A stretch of 64,000 nt of DNA, taken from contig JANRKS010000032.1 of NCBI GenBank assembly GCA_033763315.1, positions 32,001 through 96,000 of the forward strand, given 5' to 3'. The DNA is from Deltaproteobacteria bacterium. GTDB lineage: Bacteria; Myxococcota_A; Polyangia; Fen-1088. Numbering within the stretch: position 1 is the first letter of the stretch; each line of letters begins with the position of its first letter. The notes beneath the pieces are model-generated. The model saw only the letters and a program-made list of their open reading frames with translations, did not search any database and was not told where the DNA came from. Position numbers and translations under genes: made by a program. Below, in pieces: positions 26,771 through 35,742 of the stretch.

Positions 26771-28201
26771 TCAGGGAGGTGGTTTGGGCTCGTCGGCCGT
26801 TGAGCCATCTCGAAAGCTCTCGGGATCAAGGCCGAACCGCTCCAGCCATCGATGGATCTGCATGCGTGCCTTCCCCATGTCGCGGGCCACAGCGCTGATG
26901 TTGCCGCGGTGGCGTGCAAGCGATTGCCTCAGGCGCTCGCGTGTGTCTTGCGGCGGCTCGTTGGCCACGGGTTCGGCGGCGTGCGTGGAGGGCGGCTCCT
27001 CGCCCAGGTGACTCGCTTCAATCTCGCCTTGGCCGCTGGCCAACACGCTGGCCGCCGCCAGCGCTTGATCAAGTTCACGAATGTTAAGCAGCCAGCGGCG
27101 GCGGAACAATGCAATGCACGCCTCCGACTGGAATTTCATGTGGCCGGCCTTTTCGCCACCGTGCCGAGCCAACAACTGCGCGACAAGCAGACCAATATCA
27201 ACACGCCGATCGCGCAAAGGTGGCAAGCGCAAGATGAATCCCGCGAGGCGCGCCAGCAGATCGGCGCGAAACGCGCCAGATTGAACCGCCTTTTCAAGAT
27301 GGGGTTGTGTGGCCGCGATGATGCGCACGTCAACGCGCACGGGTCGCGTTGCACCCAAGGGCAGCACTTCGCCCTCTTGCAGGACGCGCAAAAGTTTGGC
27401 TTGGCTTCCCGCGGGCAATTCGGCCACTTCATCCAACAGCAGCGTGCCATTGTCGGCCGAGCGAATGAGACCCAGGCGATCTTCTTTGGCGTCGGAGAAA
27501 GCACCTTTGCGGTAACCGAACAATTCGCTCTCGACCAAAGTTTCGGGCAAGGCCGCGCAGTTGACCGCGATGAACGGACCGGTTCGCTGTGACAGCGCGT
27601 GGATCTGCCTCGCCATCACCTCTTTGCCCGTGCCTGTTTCCGCCACCAGCATCAACGGCACACGCGAGGGCGCCAGGCTCGCTGCGGTTTCAAACACGTG
27701 GGCGGTTTGTGGATCAAAGGTCGCGGGCTCACCCCCAATCATGAACGGCTCACCGCGTGTGTTGTTGCGCGCCTCGCTCAACATAAAAACGGAGCGCCCC
27801 ACGATGAACCAGTCGCCAGCTTTGAGCCGTGCGCGCGTGATGACGTCGCCGTTGATGCGCGTGCCGTTGCGGGAGCCCAGATCTTCAAGCCAGATCGCAT
27901 CGCCCTCAAACTGCAGACGCGCGTGGCGTCCCGACACCAAAGGATCACCAAGCTCAAGGCGCGCTGACCGAGCCACTGCGCCAGGCATGAGCGCAACCGC
28001 GCCGCCGCGGCCCAACACCACCTCGGTCACGCCCGTAAGATCGAAGGCTTGTCCGCCGAAAAGGGGTGCGTCACCGCGAAAGGCCAGCACCAACCTGGGC
28101 CCTTGCGGGCCGGGGGCGCCCGTGGCAGGCCGGCTGACCTCGGCCTGGGTGTCTCCAGGTGCTGGTGCTGGCAGTGATGAAGATCGCGTGGCGCTCGTCA
28201 A
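26771..28201 (-). CDS. FHA-domain sigma54-dependent transcriptional activator (FHA-AAA+-HTH)
   Basis: FHA LGR...VSGRHA...DLGSRNGT; AETGTGKE, NCAALP, ESELFG, GAFSDA, LLLDEV; HTH GNISAVARDMG; start uncertain (TTG 28201 overlaps the upstream stop, or GTG 28216). Confidence 0.9.
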   Translation of the reverse strand: MTSATRSSSLPAPAPGDTQAEVSRPATGAPGPQGPRLVLAFRGDAPLFGGQAFDLTGVTEVVLGRGGAVALMPGAVARSARLELGDPLVSGRHARLQFEGDAIWLEDLGSRNGTRINGDVITRARLKAGDWFIVGRSVFMLSEARNNTRGEPFMIGGEPATFDPQTAHVFETAASLAPSRVPLMLVAETGTGKEVMARQIHALSQRTGPFIAVNCAALPETLVESELFGYRKGAFSDAKEDRLGLIRSADNGTLLLDEVAELPAGSQAKLLRVLQEGEVLPLGATRPVRVDVRIIAATQPHLEKAVQSGAFRADLLARLAGFILRLPPLRDRRVDIGLLVAQLLARHGGEKAGHMKFQSEACIALFRRRWLLNIRELDQALAAASVLASGQGEIEASHLGEEPPSTHAAEPVANEPPQDTRERLRQSLARHRGNISAVARDMGKARMQIHRWLERFGLDPESFRDGSTADEPKPPP

Positions 28202-28956
28202 AATGGCCCCATCCACATGGCGCCCACGGCGGTCGCATTTGGCAACCACAGCGCGAGGTTGGGCGAAGGCTCGCGCGCGCGTTGGCCGAGCCACGCCGAA
28301 ACACCCAAAGTCAAAACGCCTGCGCCGGCGGCGGACCACCCAATGATGCGCTCGGTTTGCGCGCGCGCCCGCGCGTCCCGATAGCCTTGATAACTTTGCG
28401 CATCGTTGGCGGCATTGGCTTCAAGCTGTGACACCAAAAGTGCAATCCCCCCGGCCACAACCAAGGCGGTGCCTGTGGCGACGAACGGCCAAACCTTCGG
28501 CGACGGTGCTGGTGATGGTGGCGGGGGCGCCGGCAAGGGTGTGGGCGCGGGTGGCGGCAACGCTGGTGCCGTTTCGCACCGACGAAGGGCGATGCGGGCC
28601 GCTTCTTGTTGTTCGGAGGAAGCCGCGCTTTGCAAAAAGCGTTGGTATAGCGGTTCCGCTTCCCTGCAGTTGCCGGCCAATCGTTCTGCCTGTGCCCAAG
28701 CGAACAACGCGCTGCTGCTTGGCGCCATCTGAAACGACGCTTTGAATTCGTTGCGGGCGTCGCCGAATCGCTTGAGGTCAGCAAGCTCTACACCCCGCTC
28801 GAAGGCCGCTTGTGCTTGTGGCGTGGCTGGCGTTTCGGTCAACGCCGAAGCTTCTTCGGCTTGCAAAGCCGCGGCGCCAAGGAGCACGCACGCGGCCACC
28901 AGCGCGATGAGAACGCGGGCGCAGCGAACGCGGCGGATGAAAAAGGAGGCGGTCAA
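28198..28956 (-). CDS. Exported TPR protein with a C-terminal hydrophobic hairpin and terminal Phe
   Basis: Signal peptide; AFERGVEL...ALFAWAQAERLAGNCREA; two hydrophobic segments; ends AVGAMWMGPF. Confidence 0.8.
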   Translation of the reverse strand: MTASFFIRRVRCARVLIALVAACVLLGAAALQAEEASALTETPATPQAQAAFERGVELADLKRFGDARNEFKASFQMAPSSSALFAWAQAERLAGNCREAEPLYQRFLQSAASSEQQEAARIALRRCETAPALPPPAPTPLPAPPPPSPAPSPKVWPFVATGTALVVAGGIALLVSQLEANAANDAQSYQGYRDARARAQTERIIGWSAAGAGVLTLGVSAWLGQRAREPSPNLALWLPNATAVGAMWMGPF

Positions 28957-28968
28957 CGGTTACCTGTT

Positions 28969-30489
28969 TTACTTCGGCAGCAGCACAGAGTCAGGATCCC
29001 ACACGCGCACCTTGTTTTGCTTTTCGGCGGGTGGGCTCGGCGGCGTGGGGGGCACGGGGGGAGGATCGGGCACTGGCGCCAAATTTGTGTGTGAACGCCT
29101 TCGGATTTTAGGGGCGGGCGCAGGGCGGGGCGTTGGGCCTGGGCCGGTGGATGGTGGCGCGGCTGGCACCGGCGCCGTCGCGGTGGGTGGCGCAGGCAGC
29201 GTCGTCATCGCCGCAGGCGCCCGCGGCTCCGAAACGGGGGGCAAGACGGGTGCTGGCTTCGGCCTGATCCACCACAGCCCTGCCAGAATGCATAGACCCG
29301 CACCGAGTCCCCAAAGCCGCCAACGCAACGCAGGCTTGCGGGCCGCCCGTGGCTCGGGTGCCACCAGCTCCGGCTGCGTGTGATCCGCGCTTGCTGAGGC
29401 GTCGCTGTGCGCCTCGTGCGCAAGCAACACCTCCGCGGCTGGCAACCGCGCCAGATGCTCACCTAAGGTGAGACCGCCTTGCTCCGCTTCGCGCCACGTG
29501 GCGAGCTTGCGCGAAAACAGCGTTCGCATAAGTTGCGCAAGCGCGTTCGCGTCGTGCGGCTCGTCCCGTCGGGTGGCGATGAAGGCATCAACGGCGATCG
29601 CTAGATCGTGTGCCGTGGCAAAACGTTGATCAGGATCAACCGCCAGCGCTCGCACGATGGCGGCTTCCAGGAGCGGCGGCAGATCGTGTCGACGTCGCGA
29701 AGGTGATGGTATTTGCCCCGAGGTGATCTGATCAAGAATCGCCAGTTCGGTGGCGCCTTGAAACAAGCGCGTGCCCGTGAACAATTCAAACATCAACACG
29801 CCTAAAGAAAACACGTCCGAGCGGCGATCGATCGCGCCACCTTTGGCCTGCTCGGGCGACATATACGCTAGCTTGCCCTTGAGCGTGCCGTGCGTGGTGC
29901 TTGTTTGCTGCTCCTCCCACTTGGCCACGCCGAAATCCGCAAGCTTGACGGTGCCATTGAAACCGACAAGAACGTTTGACGGCGATACGTCGCGATGAAC
30001 GATGTTCAACGGGCGGCCATCGTCGCTGCATTTTTCGTGCACGTAATGAAGCGCGCGTGCGGCTGTGGCCACGATGGTCGCGGCCAAGACATCGCTTAAA
30101 CTTGTGTTGGCCAGCGCGCAGGCACGTGTGATCGAACGCAGATCTTCACCGTGCACATACTCCATAGCGAAAAAGTAGTGGCCATCCTGTGTGCCCACGT
30201 CGTGCACTTGCGTGATGTGCGGATGATCCAGCTTTGCAAGCAGGCGCGCCTCATCCATGAACATGCGAACCAAGATCGGATCGTCCGCGTATTGCGGGAT
30301 CAACCGCTTGACCACCACCACTTTTTCAAAGCCGCCGATGCCATCGACGCGCGCCAAGAAGATTTCCGCCATGCCGCCCACGGCCAAACGCGACAACAGC
30401 CGGTAGCGCCCCAAGCTGCCCAACGCTTCAGCAGGGCGGTCGGCGTTGGCGCCGTCGGGGGCAAGCTTTAAGGACTGTGGCGGAAGCAT
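28969..30489 (-). CDS. Membrane Hanks-type Ser/Thr protein kinase
   Basis: LAVGGMAEIF, GGFEKVVVVKR, HRDVSPSN, DFG, GKLAYMSPEQ; TM LWGLGAGLCILAGLWWI; ends WDPDSVLLPK. Confidence 0.95.
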   Translation of the reverse strand: MLPPQSLKLAPDGANADRPAEALGSLGRYRLLSRLAVGGMAEIFLARVDGIGGFEKVVVVKRLIPQYADDPILVRMFMDEARLLAKLDHPHITQVHDVGTQDGHYFFAMEYVHGEDLRSITRACALANTSLSDVLAATIVATAARALHYVHEKCSDDGRPLNIVHRDVSPSNVLVGFNGTVKLADFGVAKWEEQQTSTTHGTLKGKLAYMSPEQAKGGAIDRRSDVFSLGVLMFELFTGTRLFQGATELAILDQITSGQIPSPSRRRHDLPPLLEAAIVRALAVDPDQRFATAHDLAIAVDAFIATRRDEPHDANALAQLMRTLFSRKLATWREAEQGGLTLGEHLARLPAAEVLLAHEAHSDASASADHTQPELVAPEPRAARKPALRWRLWGLGAGLCILAGLWWIRPKPAPVLPPVSEPRAPAAMTTLPAPPTATAPVPAAPPSTGPGPTPRPAPAPKIRRRSHTNLAPVPDPPPVPPTPPSPPAEKQNKVRVWDPDSVLLPK

Positions 30490-30565
30490 GAGCGTTTTGG
30501 CATATTATGCCGGACGTCTGCCGCTGCGTGCGCGGGCTTGCAAAGTAGTTGTATTTCAATCTCCC

Positions 30566-32944
30566 ATGCGCCCGCTTTCGTCTCACTGTGTGTTTGTGCT
30601 GGCGGTGACGCTGGCTGCGTGCGCACCGCGTTCGTTTGATTGCACCCTTGATGAACAGTGCGCCTACCAAGGCCAATCGGGCCGCTGCGAAGCGAATGGG
30701 GCCTGCAGCTTGCCCGACAAGCGATGCGGCTCCGGATTTCGTTATGCACCCTTTAGTGGCGACGGTGTGTGCGCTCCTGTGCGCGCGGTGGATGCTGGCG
30801 CCGACGCTGCAACGCCGAGTGACGACGCGACAACCGACGGCGCCGCCCTGGTGGTTTGCCAAACCATGAGCCTCAGCGCGGGTGGCAGGCACACTTGTTT
30901 GGTCCAATCGACCGATGGCGTGTCGGGGCGGCTGATGTGTTCAGGTGACAACAGCCGCGGGCAGCTTGGTGACGGCTCAACAACCAATCGTTCTTCGCTC
31001 CGTGCCGTCGACGCGGGCACCTCATTCACAGCCGTTTCTGCAGGCACGTGGCACACGTGCGCCATCAACAAAGCGGCCCAGGTGTTGTGTTTTGGCGACA
31101 ACACGTGGGGGCAAACGGGCAGCGCTGATCGCGGCATCAAACTCGTGCCGGCACCCGTGGCGGGCGCGCTGTCATTCGCCAAGGTGTCTGCCGGCGTGAG
31201 CCACACCTGTGGCGTGACTTTAGATAGTTCCGTCTATTGTTGGGGCGACAACCGTCGCAAACAATTGGGGCGAGCCGTTGGCGAATCGGTAGACGTGCCG
31301 TCGCTGGTTGAAGGGTTGGGGGAGGTGGTGGACGTTCGCGCAGGTGATGGCTGGAGTTGTGCGCTGAGACGCAATGGCGATTCAGTGTGCTGGGGCGACA
31401 ATTCGCGCCGCCAAATCAAAGACGACGTGGCCACCACCATCGCGGCGCCCACGGCACGGCTTGATGTGAACCAAAGCAAAGCCCTGCGCGTGGGTGGCCG
31501 TTTCGCCTGCACCAAAGACGACGGTGGATCCGTTTGGTGTTGGGGTGACAACGCGGACAGCCAGCTGGGGCGCGCGGCCTCTGCGCGCGAGCCGCAAGCG
31601 GCGGTGGTGGCAGGCCTGCCGCCCGTGGATGCCTTTGCGCTCGGGCAATCGCATGCGTGTGCGGTTACGGGCGGGGGCAAAGTGTCGTGTTGGGGCCGCG
31701 GCACCGAGGGGCAGCTGGGGGCCGGCGGCACGTTTGATTCCTTCGCACCTGTGAGCGTGGCGGTACCCAAGGTGAACTTGATCGCGGCGGGCCAGTCGCA
31801 TTCGTGCGCCGCCGATGGCAGCCAACGTCTGTGGTGTTGGGGCCAGGCGAGGTTCGGACAATTGGGTAACGCGGCGGCGGTTGTGAGCAACGCGCCCGTG
31901 GCCGTGGCGAACGTGAATTTGGCGCAGCAATTGGCGGCGGGGGCGGCGCATACGTGTGCGCTGCTGGGCGATGGCAGTGTGCTGTGTTGGGGCGATGGCG
32001 TCCAAGGGCAGCTTGGCAACGGCGGCCGCGTGGCGCGTGCCGTGGCTGTGCCAGTCCCTTTCGTTGGCATGCCTACGCATGTGGCCGCGGGCGGCGCCAA
32101 CACTTGTGTGATCGACGCCGCCGGCGGCTTGTGGTGCTGGGGCAGCAACGATCACTTGCAAGTGGCGGGCGCCGAAGTGGCGTCGCAAGCACGGCCTGTG
32201 GCGATCGGTCTACCTGCGCCGGCCAGCAAAGTGGTGTTGGGAGACGGGCACATTTGCGCCCTTGCGGGCGGATCGCTTTATTGCTGGGGGCAAGGCGATG
32301 CGGGCGCGTTGGGCACTGGCACCTTTGTTGACGCCGGCACGCCCACGCTTGTCACGTTGCCGGCGGTGGCTGACGTGGCGGCTGCAGGTGGCAACACGTG
32401 CGTTGTGTTGAACGATGGCAGCGTCCGGTGCTGGGGCGCAGGCGGCGCCGGAGTTTTGGGAACGATGGCACTCAATAATGCGGCGACGCCTGTGGTGGTG
32501 TCTGGAGTCAGTGGCGCCAAGCGCATCGTGTTGGGCCGTGGCCGCGCGTGCACGATGGGCGACAAAGTTGTGTGTTGGGGAGGCGGAGTTGGCCCGGTTG
32601 GCGCGGCAAAACCCGCAGAGCAGCCATCCCTGCAAGGCGCCAAAGCCATCGCCTTAGGATCGCATCATGGCTGCGCCCTGCTGGGCGACGACAAACCCGT
32701 TTGTTGGGGCACCAACAGCAATGGTGAGTTGGGCGATGGATCCTTCGCCACCCGAACCACACCCACGCCCACCGTTGCGTTGCCTGACAAGGCCGCGGCC
32801 CTCGCCGTGGGGGAAGCTTACTCATGCGTGCTTCTGCAGCGCGGGACTGTGCATTGCTTTGGCGCAAACGAATCGGGCCAACTGGGCAATGGCGTCGAAC
32901 TGACGGAGCCCACGCCCGTATCAGCGGCGCTTAAGTGCCCATAA
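30566..32944 (+). CDS. RCC1-repeat (probably double beta-propeller) lipoprotein
   Basis: MRPLSSHCVFVLAVTLAA-C lipobox; about 14 AG..HTC......CWG.N..GQLG repeats. Confidence 0.9.
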   Translation: MRPLSSHCVFVLAVTLAACAPRSFDCTLDEQCAYQGQSGRCEANGACSLPDKRCGSGFRYAPFSGDGVCAPVRAVDAGADAATPSDDATTDGAALVVCQTMSLSAGGRHTCLVQSTDGVSGRLMCSGDNSRGQLGDGSTTNRSSLRAVDAGTSFTAVSAGTWHTCAINKAAQVLCFGDNTWGQTGSADRGIKLVPAPVAGALSFAKVSAGVSHTCGVTLDSSVYCWGDNRRKQLGRAVGESVDVPSLVEGLGEVVDVRAGDGWSCALRRNGDSVCWGDNSRRQIKDDVATTIAAPTARLDVNQSKALRVGGRFACTKDDGGSVWCWGDNADSQLGRAASAREPQAAVVAGLPPVDAFALGQSHACAVTGGGKVSCWGRGTEGQLGAGGTFDSFAPVSVAVPKVNLIAAGQSHSCAADGSQRLWCWGQARFGQLGNAAAVVSNAPVAVANVNLAQQLAAGAAHTCALLGDGSVLCWGDGVQGQLGNGGRVARAVAVPVPFVGMPTHVAAGGANTCVIDAAGGLWCWGSNDHLQVAGAEVASQARPVAIGLPAPASKVVLGDGHICALAGGSLYCWGQGDAGALGTGTFVDAGTPTLVTLPAVADVAAAGGNTCVVLNDGSVRCWGAGGAGVLGTMALNNAATPVVVSGVSGAKRIVLGRGRACTMGDKVVCWGGGVGPVGAAKPAEQPSLQGAKAIALGSHHGCALLGDDKPVCWGTNSNGELGDGSFATRTTPTPTVALPDKAAALAVGEAYSCVLLQRGTVHCFGANESGQLGNGVELTEPTPVSAALKCP

Positions 32945-32960
32945 GTTCAGGTCGCGCACC

Positions 32961-33533
32961 TTACAAGGGCGCAAACACCTTCGATGCATCATCGAGCACC
33001 AACACCCAATCAGCGCCGAATCCTTCAGCGGGACACACAAAACGGTGCAACGAGACAGATGGCGCAAGGGTAATCGTTTCTTGCTGTTCAGATTGCCCCG
33101 TGCGCGGGTTCCACCAGGTGGCGCGCAGCTTGGGCGTACCAAGGGCGCTCACCTTCACCGAGAACGGACGCCCGTAAGGGCTGTACAAAAGCGCGAAGCC
33201 ATCACCGCGCGCCGCCACCAGATGATCAGCACCTTCAAGTGGATCGTCCAATAGGTCCGGGGCCGGCGTAAAGCCTGGGCGTGCTTGAACCAGCTTTCGC
33301 AGATGCTGCATTTGTGTGGCACCCGGGCGCTGCAGAGCCGCTTGCCAGGGCATGGTGGGAAAATTGATCCTCTCTTTGCTGGGTGACCAGAATTGCCAGA
33401 TGGCGTGGTGACCATAGACGTGACCGGCAGCGCCGGAGAACACGTCCCAATAGGCACGTTGTCTCACGTCGGCATCCGTCGAGTAGCCCCATTCCTTGGC
33501 GTTAAATTCAAGCGGGTGATTTGGGCCTCCCAT
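32961..33533 (-). pseudogene. 5'-truncated DUF4038/GH140 (apiosidase-like) gene remnant with a C-terminal putative collagen-binding domain
   Basis: DVRQRAYWDVFSGAAGHVYGHHAIWQF, PWQAALQRPGATQMQHL, WWNPRTG, DWVLVL match the family C-terminal half; N-terminal half absent, with in-frame stops upstream. Confidence 0.7.
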
Positions 33534-33677
33534 CTACAATCAGCCCGTTCTACATCAAAAACGCCCATCAGCTGTGCACGCAAATGGATCCGCGATCACC
33601 CTGCTTCAAAAGGGCATGCCTAGCTTCGCAAATTCATCCCCACGTTTGCACATCCTGATCGATAGTGGCTGCCTTCC

Positions 33678-34154
33678 ATGCTGAACAACGACGTCCTTAG
33701 AAGCCTTCGGTATCTCCTGCATGTGGGGGACCGTGTGATCGTCGAGATCTTTGAACTGGCCGGTTGCCAGGTAAGCCACGACGACGTGGTGGCGTTCCTG
33801 AAGAAGGACGATGAGGCTGGATACATCGAGTGTCGCGATGAGCTGTTGGCGCACTTTCTTAACGGCTTGATCATGTACAAGCGCGGTAAGGATCCAACCC
33901 GCCCGCCGCCGGCAATTGAGCTGCCGATCACAAACAACGTGGTGCTGAAGAAGGTGCGCGTGGCCTTTGCATTGAAGGACACCGACATCATCGATCTCAT
34001 CGCGAAGGCCGGGCTTGTGGTCACCAAAGCGGAGCTGGGCGCGTTTTTTCGCCTGCCCAGCCACCGGAACTACCGGGACTGTGGGGATCAATTCCTCAGA
34101 TATTTGTTCAAAGGCATCGCCGCCGCGCCCCCACGTCCTTCAGCCGCTTCTTGA
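33678..34154 (+). CDS. DUF1456 family protein (YehS-like)
   Basis: MLNNDVLRSLRY, FLNGLI..KRG, NNVVLKKVRVAF, NYRDCGDQFLRYLFKG. Confidence 0.9.
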   Translation: MLNNDVLRSLRYLLHVGDRVIVEIFELAGCQVSHDDVVAFLKKDDEAGYIECRDELLAHFLNGLIMYKRGKDPTRPPPAIELPITNNVVLKKVRVAFALKDTDIIDLIAKAGLVVTKAELGAFFRLPSHRNYRDCGDQFLRYLFKGIAAAPPRPSAAS

Positions 34155-34163
34155 ACCAATCCT

Positions 34164-34898
34164 TTATCCAAGCAGCGCCAACAGCTTGCCCAGTAAGAAA
34201 TCGCTCTGCAGGCTTGGATCCAACGCGCACGCTCTAACATGGGCGGGCTCAGTTGCAATGGTGATGAGGCCAGCCCCGCCTGCCACCCGTCGCAGCGACG
34301 TGGCGTCGCGCGGGGCCACAGAGGCGAAGGTGTTGAAGTAATCCAAATCAATGTCGAAGATGTACGGCTCATCGAGCAGCGGCACCTCCGAACACTCGGT
34401 CAACGCGCTTGAAAAGCTCGCGATCACCGCATCAAGAAAATCCGATTCGAGCACCTTATCGCAGTCTTCTCGTGACACGTCGTAGGAGTGCAGATTCTTG
34501 CTGACGGCACGGCACATGATCTTGTGATCGTGATACGTGCGCTGGTCGGTGTCCTTGGCGTTGTGGGCCACGACGAAAGCCGCGGCGATGATGTCACACG
34601 CAATCGCGGCCACGATGTGTTCGTCGTTGCCCAATCGGTCGATTGCGGTTGTCACACTGGCGGGCTGGCGATGGTCGATCTCTGACAGCCATTTCGCTCG
34701 CAAACGATCATGCTCGGCCGCTGGATAGGCGTCGCGCAAGTGGTTGCGAAACGGGCGGCTGGTGTCGGTGTGATGATCAAGCGTGATGAGCCTCGGCGCG
34801 CGCCCGAGCGTCGATCGGTATTGCGACCATGCCAGCAACGCCTCATGGTGGGCTTCAACAACAACAACGGGGGGCTTGGCGATCACCGCTGCACGCAA
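34164..34898 (-). CDS. UPF0489 family protein (arginase/deacetylase-like fold)
   Basis: VVEAHHEAL, ITLDHHTD, FDIDLDYF, ITIATEP. Confidence 0.75.
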   Translation of the reverse strand: MRAAVIAKPPVVVVEAHHEALLAWSQYRSTLGRAPRLITLDHHTDTSRPFRNHLRDAYPAAEHDRLRAKWLSEIDHRQPASVTTAIDRLGNDEHIVAAIACDIIAAAFVVAHNAKDTDQRTYHDHKIMCRAVSKNLHSYDVSREDCDKVLESDFLDAVIASFSSALTECSEVPLLDEPYIFDIDLDYFNTFASVAPRDATSLRRVAGGAGLITIATEPAHVRACALDPSLQSDFLLGKLLALLG

Positions 34899-34917
34899 TC
34901 CACGGCAAACGCAAACG

Positions 34918-35715
34918 TCACGGCTGGTTTAAAGCCGCAGCAATTCGGTGCACAACCGACCGCGGCAAGAATCGAATCGCTTGAACGCCCAGCCAATTCA
35001 TGAACCCATGAATGGCGATCCCTTTTCCCTGCATCATGGCTTTGTAGGCGTGGGCCGCGACCGCGTCCGCTTTCGCAACACCGGGGCGTTGAAACAGCTT
35101 TGATTTGTTGTTGCCTGCGCGGCCGGCAAACTCGGTGGCCGTGGCACCTGGGCAGTGGCACGTGACTGTCACGCCGTGGGGCCGCAGTTCGTAAGCCAGC
35201 GCCTCCGAGAACGAAAGCACAAAAGCCTTGCTCGCGTAGTACGTGGCCATATAAGGCCCGGCCTGAAACGCCGCGGTCGAAGCGATGTTCAGGATGCGCC
35301 CGTGGCCGCGCTTGCGCATGGCCTCGCCGAAGCGATGTGTGAGCTCCAAAAGCGTCACGCAGTTAAGCTCCACCATCTCAACTTCAGCGGCCGCGGGCAA
35401 ATCAAAGAACGCGCCTGCGCTGCCGAATCCTGCGTTGTTCACCAGGCACTCGATGGTGAGGCCCAACGCCTGCACGCGGTCCCAAACGCGTCCTGCCGCT
35501 GCCGGTTTTGCCAGGTCTTCCGCAACCACGTGCGCGTTGATTTTATGGGCGCCGCGCAACCGCTCTGCCAGCGCTTCCAGGCGGCCCACATTGCGAGCCA
35601 CCAACACGACGTCATAGCCATCGTGCGCGAACAATCGCGCGAACTCGGCGCCGAGGCCCGTGGAGGCCCCGGTGATCAAAGCGACCGGCTTCTTATCCAT
35701 CGACATCGTTTGCAC
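34918..35715 (-). CDS. Short-chain dehydrogenase/reductase
   Basis: ITGASTGLG, NNAG, YYASK. Confidence 0.93.
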   Translation of the reverse strand: MQTMSMDKKPVALITGASTGLGAEFARLFAHDGYDVVLVARNVGRLEALAERLRGAHKINAHVVAEDLAKPAAAGRVWDRVQALGLTIECLVNNAGFGSAGAFFDLPAAAEVEMVELNCVTLLELTHRFGEAMRKRGHGRILNIASTAAFQAGPYMATYYASKAFVLSFSEALAYELRPHGVTVTCHCPGATATEFAGRAGNNKSKLFQRPGVAKADAVAAHAYKAMMQGKGIAIHGFMNWLGVQAIRFLPRSVVHRIAAALNQP

Positions 35716-35742
35716 CGTGCGACGCTGTCAATGGAGCGTGGC

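Noticed and set aside
30497-30512. sigma54 -24/-12 site TTGGCATATTATGC
   Set aside because: GG-to-GC spacing is 8 nt; kept only as a palindrome
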